From the NCBI GenBank assembly GCA_965218425.1, contig OZ244621.1, forward strand, positions 2,720,001 to 2,784,000: 64,000 nt of DNA. Direction: 5' to 3'. This DNA is from an uncultured Candidatus Binatia bacterium (GTDB lineage: Bacteria; Desulfobacterota; Binatia; UBA9968; CAXXLF01). Shown one piece after another: positions 1 through 9,723 of the stretch. The notes beneath the pieces were generated by a model. The model was not told the origin of the DNA, ran no database searches, and saw nothing but the letters and a program-made list of their open reading frames with translations. A program made the translations under genes and the position numbers. How positions within the stretch are numbered: position 1 is the first letter of the stretch; each line of letters begins with the position of its first letter.

Positions 1-477
1 ACCCGTCAGGTTGGTAAACCCGGCCAGAGAGGAAAGCTGGGAGCCAAATCCCGGGTGCCTGGCGTGGGGACCCGTCTGTCCCAGATTGGAGCTGCTCAAC
101 ATTATCAGTTCCGGTTTGATTTCCTTAAGAGTTTCGTAGTCCAGATCGAGGCGCTTCATGGTTCCCGGACTGAAGTTCTCGATGACCACATCGGACCAGG
201 CGACGATCCTCTTTGCCATTTCCGTGGCCCGGGGTGTTTTCTTGAGGTTCAGGGTGATGCCCAGCTTGTTGCTGTTGGCCAGGGCGAAGAGACCCGAGCG
301 GTTCAGGCCGTGAATGTTGTCTTTGTAGGGTGGGTAGTGGGTTCGGAAACCGTCGGGACGCGCCTTCGACTCCACATGGACAACGGTGGCGCCAAAATCC
401 ACCAGATGCTTCCCCACCACGGGGCCTGCCGCAAAGGCGGCGAACTCGACGATTTTGACTCCCCGTAACGTTTCCAT
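1..477 (-). CDS. CaiB/BaiF family CoA-transferase (class III), partial; runs off the left edge
   Basis: Manual translation from ATG 477: METLRGVKIVEFAAFAAGPVVGKHLVDFGATVVHVES...VVIENFSPG...LSSSNLGQTGP. Absent from the ORF track because there is no stop codon in the window. Confidence 0.9.
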   Translation of the reverse strand, partial: METLRGVKIVEFAAFAAGPVVGKHLVDFGATVVHVESKARPDGFRTHYPPYKDNIHGLNRSGLFALANSNKLGITLNLKKTPRATEMAKRIVAWSDVVIENFSPGTMKRLDLDYETLKEIKPELIMLSSSNLGQTGPHARHPGFGSQLSSLAGFTNLTG

Positions 478-743
478 TGGTCTCTTACCGACTGAATGTT
501 AAACAGAACCTCTTCAACAAAGATTTTCCCGCCAAAACTCCGCCTGATTAAGATCCGAAATCCTAAGCTCGAAATCTCAAACAAACCGAATCACTCAAAT
601 CAAAATATAAAATCTAAAACAAGATTTTTGGTCAATTTCTGATTTATTTATGCTTAGCGCCCTTTGCGCCTTCGTGCGAGTCATCTTTTCCCCAATTCGT
701 TATCCAGAACTCTTCCGAAAATATCAAATATCCTTGCCTTGGC

Positions 744-2003
744 CTAGAGAATACCTTGCTCTTTGAGCTGGTCCATCTCCGCCGATTTGATGCCCAATTC
801 CTTCACGTAAACCTCTTCGTTGTGCTCGCCGATGAGGGGCGCGCGACGCCGCAGAGTGCGCTGGCCGGAAGAGAATTTTGAAAAGGCGCCCGGGTAAAGC
901 AGGGAGGTTCCCAATTCCGGATGGTCAAGGTTCTCCCAGAACTTCCTGGCTTCCAATTGAGGGTCCGCTAGAATTTCTCTTGCCGTTGACACCGGGTAAC
1001 CGAGCATGCCGCGGCTGATCACGGCATCAAGAAACTCCTTTTTAGTGACCCCAAGGAAAAAGCGGCCTATGGGTTCTTCCATTTGATCGATTTCTTCCTG
1101 CGTCACCTCAGCTATGTTGAAGACCTTCCAGTCCTTGTTCTTTAAAATATCCGGGGCTACGCCCTTGGTGTCCATCCACTCCACCAGGGCCTGGTTCGTT
1201 TTTCTTCCCGCCTCGCCGCCATAGATGATGAAGTTGAGATGGCCGTCCTTACAGGGCCAGAACACGCGCATCTTAGCGCCCGTGATGCTGCGGCCTGTCA
1301 TAAATGAGCCGGCCCTCTTTTCCAGGTGCCGGTTCAGGTCCCAGAAGGTGTGGGCGTGGGAGAATGCCCAGAGCAGGCAGGCCTGTGCTGATACGTCCAC
1401 GTGCTGGCCTTCTCCGGTGCGCTGGCGCTGGAGATGAGCCGCCATGGTTCCCATGGCGGCGTAGGAGCCGGTCCAATGGTAGGATTGCGGAAAGGTGACT
1501 CGCAGGGGGGCCCGGGTGGGATCCCCCGTAAGCGACATGCAACCGCTCATGGCCATGATCTCGATATCCGAAGCGTTAAACCCGCTGTAGGGGCCGGTCT
1601 GGCCGAAGGGAGTGATAGACGTGAGGATGACACGGGGGTTCAACCGGCTTAGGGCGGTGTAGCCCAGTTGGATCCCATCGAGATATCCCGGGGTGAAGGA
1701 CTCAATGATAAAGTCTGACTTTGCCGCTAATTGGGAAAAGAGGTTCCGGCCGCGGCTCGTTTCCAGGTTTAGGGTAACGCCCCGCTTGTTGTTGTTAAAG
1801 GCAAACCAGTAGAGGCTCTTCTCCGGGTGAACTTGATTATGAAAAAAAGGACCGATATTTCTTGACGGGTCTCCTCCGGGTCTCTCGATCTTGATCACGT
1901 CCGCACCCAGATCCCCCAGGATCTTGCCGCAAAGAAAACCCAACTCGTCGGTCAGATCCAGAACCCGAAAAGGCGAGAGAAGAGCATTTTCACTGAGAGC
2001 CAT
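744..2003 (-). CDS. CaiB/BaiF family CoA-transferase
   Basis: Motifs RVLDLT...LGDLGADVIKIERPGGD, NKRGVTLNL, ITPFGQTGPY, GEGQHVDVS, APLIGEHN. Confidence 0.93.
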   Translation of the reverse strand: MALSENALLSPFRVLDLTDELGFLCGKILGDLGADVIKIERPGGDPSRNIGPFFHNQVHPEKSLYWFAFNNNKRGVTLNLETSRGRNLFSQLAAKSDFIIESFTPGYLDGIQLGYTALSRLNPRVILTSITPFGQTGPYSGFNASDIEIMAMSGCMSLTGDPTRAPLRVTFPQSYHWTGSYAAMGTMAAHLQRQRTGEGQHVDVSAQACLLWAFSHAHTFWDLNRHLEKRAGSFMTGRSITGAKMRVFWPCKDGHLNFIIYGGEAGRKTNQALVEWMDTKGVAPDILKNKDWKVFNIAEVTQEEIDQMEEPIGRFFLGVTKKEFLDAVISRGMLGYPVSTAREILADPQLEARKFWENLDHPELGTSLLYPGAFSKFSSGQRTLRRRAPLIGEHNEEVYVKELGIKSAEMDQLKEQGIL

Positions 2004-2014
2004 TTTCTTTGATT

Positions 2015-2044
2015 AAAAAAGGGCAGGGAGTTGACACCCTGCCC
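2015..2044 (-). terminator. Intrinsic terminator-like hairpin in the 5' leader of the CoA-transferase
   Basis: Minus strand GGGCAGGG-tgtcaact-CCCTGCCC-TTTTTT ends 11 nt before the ATG at 2003. Confidence 0.6.
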
Positions 2045-2289
2045 GGTTATATGAAGAACCCATTTATCGGGAAAGCCGATTGACCAAAAAGGGCAGAACC
2101 GAAGCGAAAAACCTCAACTTTTCCTCGCCCATTTCAAGTAGCAGGCACTAGTATAAATGTCAAGCAAGTATGGAGGCCTTTGGGGGGTCGGAACGGGTTG
2201 AAATCTCGGCAAATCTAGACTAGGTATTATGAACCCTGCTTGGGTTCAGCGATATCATCTAAATTCAAATTATTCAATTGGGGGAAGTT

Positions 2290-3864
2290 ATGAGTAAGGC
2301 AATGAAAGAGGCCAATACAGGTGCTAAAGTGGTGACGGATCTGCGTGGAATGCTGGACTGGTTGAGGTCTGAGGGTGATCTGATCGAGACCGACAAGGAA
2401 GTAGATCCCAGTCTGGAGATCACTGCATTGCAAAAGCAGATGGACGGAGGCTGTCCTATCCTATTCAACAACGTGAAGGGCAAACCGAACCATCGCGTGG
2501 TCACCAATCTATTTGGCGATATGGATGTCATCAATAAGCTGTTCGGTTGGAAGGATCATCAGGATCGTACCAAAAAGCTGGCCTACGCGATAACCCACGG
2601 GATTCCCCCCGTGGTGGTGGATCATAAAGACGCCCCTTCTCAGGAGGAGGTCGTTGAAAAACCGAAGGAAGTCAACGAATACATGGTTCCCATTCGCCAT
2701 ACCGAGTACGAACCCGAACTCACGGTGGGTTCCGGCAACAGGCTGATATCCGGCGAGCATTTTGGCGGCGGAACGGACCTGGGTTATAACCGCATGAATT
2801 TTCGCTGGGGAAACATTGGGACCTTCCAGATTTCACCGGGTTCCCACATGTGGCAGGTGGTATCGAAGTATTATCGGGACGACAAGCCTGTGCCCATCAC
2901 CATGTGTTTCGGTGTGCCCCCTTCCTGTACACTCCTTGCGGGGGCGGGGTTTGACTATGTGGTGCTTCCTCACGGATGCGACGAGATCGCAATAGCCGGC
3001 GCGGCCCAGGGTTCTCCCGTTCGATTGGTGAAGGCCCGTACGGTGGACGCCATGGCCCTGGCCGATTGCGAAGTGGTGCTGGAAGGTTATGTCAATCCCC
3101 GCGACCGGCGCTACGAGACGGAAGAGTCGGAGAAGGCCGGGGTTCAGGGCCGTTTCCATTTCCATCCAGAGTGGGCGGGCTATATGGGTAAGGCCTATAA
3201 GGCGCCCACCTTCCACGTAACCGCCGTGACAACCCGCAAGCGGGAATCCAAGCCCATCATTTTCGCCCTCGGCGTGCACACCCTCGACGATCACAACATC
3301 GACACCACGGTGCGCGAAGGGGCCATGTACGAACTATTGGATCGTATACAGCCCGGGATTATCCAGGACGTAAACATCCCTTACTGCATGACGGACTGGG
3401 GCGGGGCCATTATCCAGGTGAAGAAGCGCAACCAGATTGAGGAGGGTTGGCAACGCAACTTCATGTCCGCTATCCTTTCCACCTCACAGGGATCGCGGAT
3501 TTGCATCGCGGTGAGTGAGGACTGCGACCCGTACGATATGGATGACGTCATGTGGTGTCTCACCACCCGTGTCAATCCCCACACGGATATCCTCAATCCG
3601 ATCCCCGGCGGCCGTGGCCAGACCTTCATGCCGGCAGAGCGTATGACCGCAGGTGGCAGGGAGTGGACCGCATCCAACACCCGATTTGAGGGTGGAATGG
3701 GCATCGATGCCACGGTCCCTTTCGGTTACGAAAACGACTTTCTCCGCCCCGTTTACGCGGTGGGCAAAGTTAACGCGAAAAACTTCTTCTCGGATAAAGA
3801 CATCCAGAACGCCAAGTCACGCATGAAGGGCTGGGTTCATTCGCTGGCGCGTACGGGCAGATAA
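2290..3864 (+). CDS. UbiD family (prFMN-dependent) decarboxylase, divergent
   Basis: DLRGMLDWLRSEGDL..VDP.LEI, P.LFNNVKG, EVVLEG, DDVMWCLTTRVNP, MGIDATVP; ATG 2290 preferred. Confidence 0.88.
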   Translation: MSKAMKEANTGAKVVTDLRGMLDWLRSEGDLIETDKEVDPSLEITALQKQMDGGCPILFNNVKGKPNHRVVTNLFGDMDVINKLFGWKDHQDRTKKLAYAITHGIPPVVVDHKDAPSQEEVVEKPKEVNEYMVPIRHTEYEPELTVGSGNRLISGEHFGGGTDLGYNRMNFRWGNIGTFQISPGSHMWQVVSKYYRDDKPVPITMCFGVPPSCTLLAGAGFDYVVLPHGCDEIAIAGAAQGSPVRLVKARTVDAMALADCEVVLEGYVNPRDRRYETEESEKAGVQGRFHFHPEWAGYMGKAYKAPTFHVTAVTTRKRESKPIIFALGVHTLDDHNIDTTVREGAMYELLDRIQPGIIQDVNIPYCMTDWGGAIIQVKKRNQIEEGWQRNFMSAILSTSQGSRICIAVSEDCDPYDMDDVMWCLTTRVNPHTDILNPIPGGRGQTFMPAERMTAGGREWTASNTRFEGGMGIDATVPFGYENDFLRPVYAVGKVNAKNFFSDKDIQNAKSRMKGWVHSLARTGR

Positions 3865-3883
3865 CCGCGTACTCACGCACTTG

Positions 3884-3918
3884 AAAAAGGGACGGCCCGT
3901 AAAGGCCGTCCCTTTTTT
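3884..3918. terminator. Bidirectional rho-independent terminator
   Basis: AAAAAGGGACGGCC-cgtaaa-GGCCGTCCCTTTTTT between convergent genes. Confidence 0.85.
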
Positions 3919-4197
3919 CATACCTCTTTCTCTAAAAACCTAACCGCCGATTTTCGCTGATTCTCGCAGATGAAAAACGGCAAAGAGCAAAGCGTCCATT
4001 CTTAAACCATGAGCTGTCAGCCGTCGGCTTTCAGCTCCGGACTCATTACTGCAAACCGTCTTTCTGCTCCTTTTCTCGGGCTGAGAACTGATAGTTGACT
4101 GCTGATAGCTAAATTCACTCAGTCCTCAGTACTCGTTACTCAGCACTGAGTCCACTTTGCGCCTTTGCGGGAATCATCCTCTATTCGATATCTTTAG

Positions 4198-4647
4198 TTA
4201 GAACTCTTTGAAGTTCGAAACCCTCCACGCGTCGTTTTCCATTCTTGCGGTGATAATCCAACGGCGGGTAAACTCAGGGGCATCCTCCACATTGATGGTT
4301 CCTTTGTAAATGAATGAGGCTCGCTGCTTGCCTATTTTTTCTTCCAGGAGTTTATAGTAGATCTTGGGCTTACGGGTGGAAGCGTCGATGACTTGCCCCG
4401 CGGTCAAGCGGATTTCTTCGTTAATCTTGTGGAGGGCAAGACCCACGCAAAATTCTTTCGCTTTTTTTAGATTGATATGGACGTAGTGTTGGTCGATAAA
4501 TTCCTCCGCCACACCTCTTGCCGTTTGAAGGTCTCTACCGCAGCCTGAAAAAACCAGAACAAAGATAATCAGAACATGGACGGCTCCCGCGCCCACTCTG
4601 CCGCTTAGATTGGCTACGTGGCCGTTGATTAAAAAAGTTGAGTACAT
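4198..4647 (-). CDS. Hypothetical lipoprotein
   Basis: Hydrophobic stretch followed by lipobox-like FSGC; true start probably downstream of 4647. Confidence 0.6.
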   Translation of the reverse strand: MYSTFLINGHVANLSGRVGAGAVHVLIIFVLVFSGCGRDLQTARGVAEEFIDQHYVHINLKKAKEFCVGLALHKINEEIRLTAGQVIDASTRKPKIYYKLLEEKIGKQRASFIYKGTINVEDAPEFTRRWIITARMENDAWRVSNFKEF

Positions 4648-4720
4648 ATGGCCTACTTTAACGTTGACGGTAGTGCTTCAAGCCGCTATTTGGTTGTCAA
4701 GACCGAGGGTGCGTATCCCT

Positions 4721-5200
4721 ATGGCAAATTTACTCGAAATGGCACCATTGAATTGGTTTCAACACTCCCCGACACGCACATTTGCACTTGTTCCTGCAGC
4801 GGTGTTGGCCTGGGAGTTATTCATAGATAAAGGGAGACTTCATGTCCAGCCTCTTTTTCTAATCCTCATGGTCTGGGGTTACGTCCAGTTCCGTTGGTGC
4901 GGCCGATTCAGAGGAGGGCGAGGCGGTGGAGGCCCTGGATTGCAAAGGCCGCCGGATCAATTGGTCACCACCGGCATTTATGCCTATACGCGTAACCCCA
5001 TGTACCTTGGACACAATATTTTTCTCGTCGGTTTAGCACTATCGTTGCAATCCTGGCTGGGGGCAATCATTGCCGTGGCCAACGCCATTTGGTTCCATAC
5101 CCGGGTCCTGGGTGACGAGAAACAACTCGAGGAACAATTTGGTCAGTCCTACATTGATTATAGGGATCGTGTGAAGAGGTGGATCCCGGGGCTCTTCTAA
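4721..5200 (+). CDS. Isoprenylcysteine carboxylmethyltransferase / PEMT family membrane protein
   Basis: LVTTGIYAYTRNPMYLG, DEKQLEEQFGQSYIDYRDRVKRWIP. Confidence 0.85.
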   Translation: MANLLEMAPLNWFQHSPTRTFALVPAAVLAWELFIDKGRLHVQPLFLILMVWGYVQFRWCGRFRGGRGGGGPGLQRPPDQLVTTGIYAYTRNPMYLGHNIFLVGLALSLQSWLGAIIAVANAIWFHTRVLGDEKQLEEQFGQSYIDYRDRVKRWIPGLF

Positions 5201-5482
5201 CAAAGATTATCGGCATAAGGTCGCAGATGCCATGGTGAGGCACCTGACACGCACCTATATCAAAGCCGAACATTTTCAGCAGCAGCTCACCCAGATCGCC
5301 GAGCGTCTGGTCCGAATCAAAACATCAAAAGCCTGACCCCATCCCCTCTTACACTCAGTTAACGTAAAAGGTCCTTTCTTTCCAAGGGATGGGTGTTCAG
5401 AGACTCACAAGTCGATCAGCGCAATGGAATTATGGAGGCGTGTCAGTTGGTATCGACGGTTGGGTTGACTGAGTCGTAAGAC

Positions 5483-6244
5483 CTAGTGCATGATTCCTCC
5501 GCCTTCCACCACGAGCAGTTGGCCTGTCATGAAGTCACTATCGGAACTGGCCAGGAAGAGGGCCGTGCCGGTGATGTCTTCGGGCAGCTCTATTCGGCTG
5601 AACGCCCGGCCGCGGACGCTGGACTCGCGGCGCTGACGCACGTCGTCGGTGACCACTTCCTCGCTCATGGTTGAGCCCGGGGTCATGCAGTTTACGTTAA
5701 TGCCCCAGGGTCCTAATTGACGCGCCATTACGCGGGTGAGGGCGACTATCCCGCCCTTTGCGGCGGTATAGTGGGGCATATTGCCCGAGCCGCTGAAAAA
5801 GGTACCCGAGGCGATGTTGATGATTTTCCCGCCTTTCTGGTCTTTCATGACGGGAATGACGGCTCGGCAGCAGAGGAAGACGCCTTTGAGGTTGACCTCC
5901 ATGACCCGATCCCACTCCTCCAGAGGGAGTTCCTCTAGGGGGCCCTTCCACAGAGTCTGGGTTACATAGATGGCCGCATTGTTGAGGAGGACATCGATTC
6001 GCCCGAAGCGTTCTAAGGTCTCGCGCACCAAGCCTTCTACGCTTTTAGTGTCCCTGACATCGGTGGTCCTTGCCCAGGCTGAAGACCCGGATTCATGCAA
6101 TGCCGTGGCCACCGATTCACCCGCCCGTTCATCGATGTCGGCGATGACCACCCGGGCGCCTTCCGCGGCGAACCTTTGAGCATAGGCCTTACCGATACCA
6201 TGGCCCGCTCCAGTAATTATAGTCACCTTGTTCTGTAACCTCAT
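5483..6244 (-). CDS. Short-chain dehydrogenase/reductase (FabG-like)
   Basis: TGAGHGIG, NNAA, YTAAK. Confidence 0.93.
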   Translation of the reverse strand: MRLQNKVTIITGAGHGIGKAYAQRFAAEGARVVIADIDERAGESVATALHESGSSAWARTTDVRDTKSVEGLVRETLERFGRIDVLLNNAAIYVTQTLWKGPLEELPLEEWDRVMEVNLKGVFLCCRAVIPVMKDQKGGKIINIASGTFFSGSGNMPHYTAAKGGIVALTRVMARQLGPWGINVNCMTPGSTMSEEVVTDDVRQRRESSVRGRAFSRIELPEDITGTALFLASSDSDFMTGQLLVVEGGGIMH

Positions 6245-6267
6245 GGCCGGTCCTCCAGCGACAGGGC

Positions 6268-6765
6268 TCACTCTGTTGCGAAAGGGTCCTTGTCTTTGGA
6301 TTGAATGAGGCGAAACAGGGTTAACATAACCCCCACCGTGATAAAGCTATCGGCAGCGTTAAAGGCAGGCCAATGGTACCTAGACCAGTAAACGTCGAGA
6401 AAGTCGATCACCTCCCCGTAGAGGAGACGGTCGATCAAATTTCCCATGGCGCCGCCTAGGATAAAAGATAAGGCTACCGTTAGGGTCTTTTCGCCCGCGG
6501 GCAGCCGTCTAAGGAGCACGACAATAAATCCCATGGCCAAGAGAGAAAAGAAAATGAGGAAGGAGGAGCGAACCCATCCTCTCTTCCCTGCGAGGATGCC
6601 GAAGGCGGCTCCCGTGTTTCTTATGTGGGTCAGGTTGAACAGGTTTTCGATGACGGGAATGGAATGGTGAAGGGGGATGGTCCGGTCGACGAGGAGTTTA
6701 GTGCCTTGATCCAGGACCAGGATCAGAGTGAGGGTGATCCCTATGAGTTTGATCTTGCGACTCAA
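6268..6765 (-). CDS. lspA: Lipoprotein signal peptidase II
   Basis: DQGTK, NTGAAFG, GGAMGNLIDRL, VIDF, WPAFNAADS; follows ileS; probable TTG start overlapping the ileS stop (ORF track extends to 6807). Confidence 0.95.
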   Translation of the reverse strand: MSRKIKLIGITLTLILVLDQGTKLLVDRTIPLHHSIPVIENLFNLTHIRNTGAAFGILAGKRGWVRSSFLIFFSLLAMGFIVVLLRRLPAGEKTLTVALSFILGGAMGNLIDRLLYGEVIDFLDVYWSRYHWPAFNAADSFITVGVMLTLFRLIQSKDKDPFATE

Positions 6766-9674
6766 GTGGAACTCTCGGGTCGTAGGACCTCCGAACAGCG
6801 ACCGCACACCGTTGGATGATCAGAGTTCTTTCCGATGTCTTCGGTGTATTTCCAGCATCGCTCGCATTTTGGGACGTTGCCGTTGGTGGCGGCCTTGGAA
6901 ACCTCAATGCGGCCTCCGAGGATGGGGCTGTGATATCGGATGGCTAGGTTGCGAGTCCCGTCGCTGTCCAGCGGCCCAACAGGTTCCGATCCACCCTCTC
7001 TTAGTTTCTCGGCGTCTTCAGACTGCCACTTTGGATCAGGTTCCCCCAATTGCAGTTGCGAAACGATGGCCACATCGTCCCATTTAATGTTCTTGTCCCC
7101 GATGTAACCGGAAACATTCTTCTTATACATGGCAGGATAGAGAACGACTTTTGCGTCCAGGGAATGGCCGATGTTTCCGTTGGTCCTGGCAGCTTCCAAG
7201 GCTTTGAGTATCTCGGCCCTGATTTTGAATATCCCGTCCCACTTGTCCCCGAGCTTTTCATCCACGAGATCCTTGTCTGGCATTGGGATCTGGGACACGA
7301 GAACGCTTTGGGGCGCGCCTTTCGGTTTGGGTAGATGCTCCCATACTTCCTCTGCGGTGAAGGACAGAATGGGTGCCATGAGGTGGACCAGTGCGTCTAA
7401 GATCCGGTATAGGGCCGTTTGGGCGGAACGTCTATCCAGGGAACCGGCCCTACCGCAATAGAGACGGTCTTTGACGATATCGAGATAGAGGGCGCTGAGA
7501 TCAACGCTGCAGAAGTTATTTAACCGGTGGTAAACCGTGTGAAACTCAAAATTGTCGTAGGCTCCCCGACAGTCGCTGAGGAGTTGCTGGGTGCGGTGCA
7601 GGATCCAACGATCCAGCTCGGCAAGATCTTTCGACGCTACGGTGTCATTTTCGGGATCAAAATCGTAGAGATTCCCGAGTAGAAAGCGCGCCGTGTTTCT
7701 CAGCTTGCGGTAGGCCTCCACCAGGCGGTTTAAAATCTCCTTTGAGATCCGGACATCGTCACGATAATCCTCTGCGGAAACCCACAATCTCAGGATCTCG
7801 GCCCCAAAACCCTTGATGGTTTCCTGTGGGGCAATCACATTACCCAGGGACTTCGACATCTTGCGACCCGCTCCGTCCAGGGTGAAGCCATGGGTGAGCG
7901 CACTCCCATAGGGCGCTTGGCCGCGTGTCCCCACGGAAGTAAGAAGTGAAGTGTGAAACCACCCCCGGTGCTGATCGCTCCCTTCTAGGTAAAGGTCCGC
8001 ACGGCCCCCCAGCTCGGGATAACGTTCCACCACCACCGCATGGCTTACCCCCGAATCAAACCAGACATCCAGGATATCCTCTTCCCGAGAAAAATCTTTT
8101 CCTCCGCACTCTGTACACTGGAGGCCTGGAGGAATGAGTTGGTCGATGGAACGGATAAACCAGGCGTCCGAGCCCTCTTTCTCAAAGATCGAAGCGATAT
8201 GTTCGCACAGCTCCTGATTGAGCAGTGGCTGCTGGCATTGTTTGCAATAAAAAACCGGGATGGGAACACCCCAGGATCGTTGACGTGAGATACACCAGTC
8301 CGGTCGGCCCTCCAGCATGCCGCGGATGCGCTCTCGTCCCCAGTGGGGAATCCATTTCACCTGGCCCACTACCTCCAGGGACCGGCGGCGTAGATCATTG
8401 GCCTCCATTGAGACAAACCACTGCTCGGTGGCGCGGAAGATCACCGGATTTTTGCATCGCCAGCAATGAGGATAGCTGTGGGTTAGCCTTTCCTCCTTCA
8501 GCAAAGCGCCCTTTTCGTGGAGTCTCTCGATGATTTTCGGATCGGACTTGAAGACGAATTCCCCCGCAAGGTCTCCTGCATCGCGGGTAAACTTGCCCTC
8601 GGAATCCACCGGCGCAGACACTTCGAGGCCATAACGCTGTCCCACTTCGTAGTCCTCTTGACCGTGACCCGGTGCGATGTGCACACAACCCGTGCCTTGG
8701 TCCTTGGTTACGAATTCTCCAAGGATGATCCTTGCATCACGATCGATCCATGGGTGGCGGCATACAATTCCTTCCAGCCATTCACCGCTCCATACTGCTC
8801 GGTCAACCTGGTAATCTTTTTTCTTGAATCCGAAGGTCTCCATTAATGAGGGAATTAGATCCTGAGCAAGTATGAGCCCCCCGGCCGGTGTCTTGACATG
8901 CTTGTATTTCATCTCGGGATGCACTGCGATGGCCTGGTTGGCAGGCAGGGTCCATGGGGTCGTGGTCCAAATGACAAAGTGGGATCCCTTGGCTGAATCC
9001 GGCAAAAATTTTCCCTTAGGACCCGTTACTGCAAACTTCACGTAGATGGACGGAGAGGCGTGTTCCTCATACTCCACTTCGGCCTCTGCCAGGGCGGTAA
9101 CGCAGGAGGGACACCAATAAACCGGCTTTTTTTGCCGGTAGAGGGAACCCGCTGCAATCAATTTCCCCAGTTCTCTTATCTCCTGCGCCTCATAGGGAAA
9201 ATCGATGGTTCTGTAAGGGTGCACCCAGTCTCCTAATATCCCCAACCTCTTGAATTCTTCCCTCTGAATGGAAATGTACTTTTCTGCGTATTCCCGGCAC
9301 AGCTTGCGGACCTCTGCCTTGCTCAAGGACTTTTTCTTTGCCCGACCGATGGATTTCTCCACTTGAAGCTCGATGGGTAAACCATGACAATCCCAGCCCG
9401 GGATGTAGGGAGACTTGAACCCGGTCATGCTCTTGTATTTGACGATGATGTCCTTGAGGATTTTGTTCAGCGCGTGCCCCAGATGAATATTCCCATTGGC
9501 GTATGGAGGACCGTCGTGGAGAATGTATTTACCCTTGCCGTCATTGCCCTCCATCATCTTGAAGTAGGTCTTGTTTTGCTCCCACTTCTCCACCTGCAGG
9601 GGCTCGTTCTGGGGCAGATTGGCTCTCATGGGAAAGCGCGTTTTAGGCAGGTTGAGGGTCTCTTTATAGTCCAT
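6762..9674 (-). CDS. ileS: Isoleucyl-tRNA synthetase (type 1)
   Basis: LHDGPPYANGNIHLGH, GWDCHGLPIE, WCISRQR, KMSKS, C-terminal CERC/CGRC zinc finger. Confidence 0.98.
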   Translation of the reverse strand: MDYKETLNLPKTRFPMRANLPQNEPLQVEKWEQNKTYFKMMEGNDGKGKYILHDGPPYANGNIHLGHALNKILKDIIVKYKSMTGFKSPYIPGWDCHGLPIELQVEKSIGRAKKKSLSKAEVRKLCREYAEKYISIQREEFKRLGILGDWVHPYRTIDFPYEAQEIRELGKLIAAGSLYRQKKPVYWCPSCVTALAEAEVEYEEHASPSIYVKFAVTGPKGKFLPDSAKGSHFVIWTTTPWTLPANQAIAVHPEMKYKHVKTPAGGLILAQDLIPSLMETFGFKKKDYQVDRAVWSGEWLEGIVCRHPWIDRDARIILGEFVTKDQGTGCVHIAPGHGQEDYEVGQRYGLEVSAPVDSEGKFTRDAGDLAGEFVFKSDPKIIERLHEKGALLKEERLTHSYPHCWRCKNPVIFRATEQWFVSMEANDLRRRSLEVVGQVKWIPHWGRERIRGMLEGRPDWCISRQRSWGVPIPVFYCKQCQQPLLNQELCEHIASIFEKEGSDAWFIRSIDQLIPPGLQCTECGGKDFSREEDILDVWFDSGVSHAVVVERYPELGGRADLYLEGSDQHRGWFHTSLLTSVGTRGQAPYGSALTHGFTLDGAGRKMSKSLGNVIAPQETIKGFGAEILRLWVSAEDYRDDVRISKEILNRLVEAYRKLRNTARFLLGNLYDFDPENDTVASKDLAELDRWILHRTQQLLSDCRGAYDNFEFHTVYHRLNNFCSVDLSALYLDIVKDRLYCGRAGSLDRRSAQTALYRILDALVHLMAPILSFTAEEVWEHLPKPKGAPQSVLVSQIPMPDKDLVDEKLGDKWDGIFKIRAEILKALEAARTNGNIGHSLDAKVVLYPAMYKKNVSGYIGDKNIKWDDVAIVSQLQLGEPDPKWQSEDAEKLREGGSEPVGPLDSDGTRNLAIRYHSPILGGRIEVSKAATNGNVPKCERCWKYTEDIGKNSDHPTVCGRCSEVLRPESST

Positions 9675-9723
9675 GGGAGCGCCAAGGGGGACGAGTGGAT
9701 TTGGACATCTGTTGTAGAGGGAT

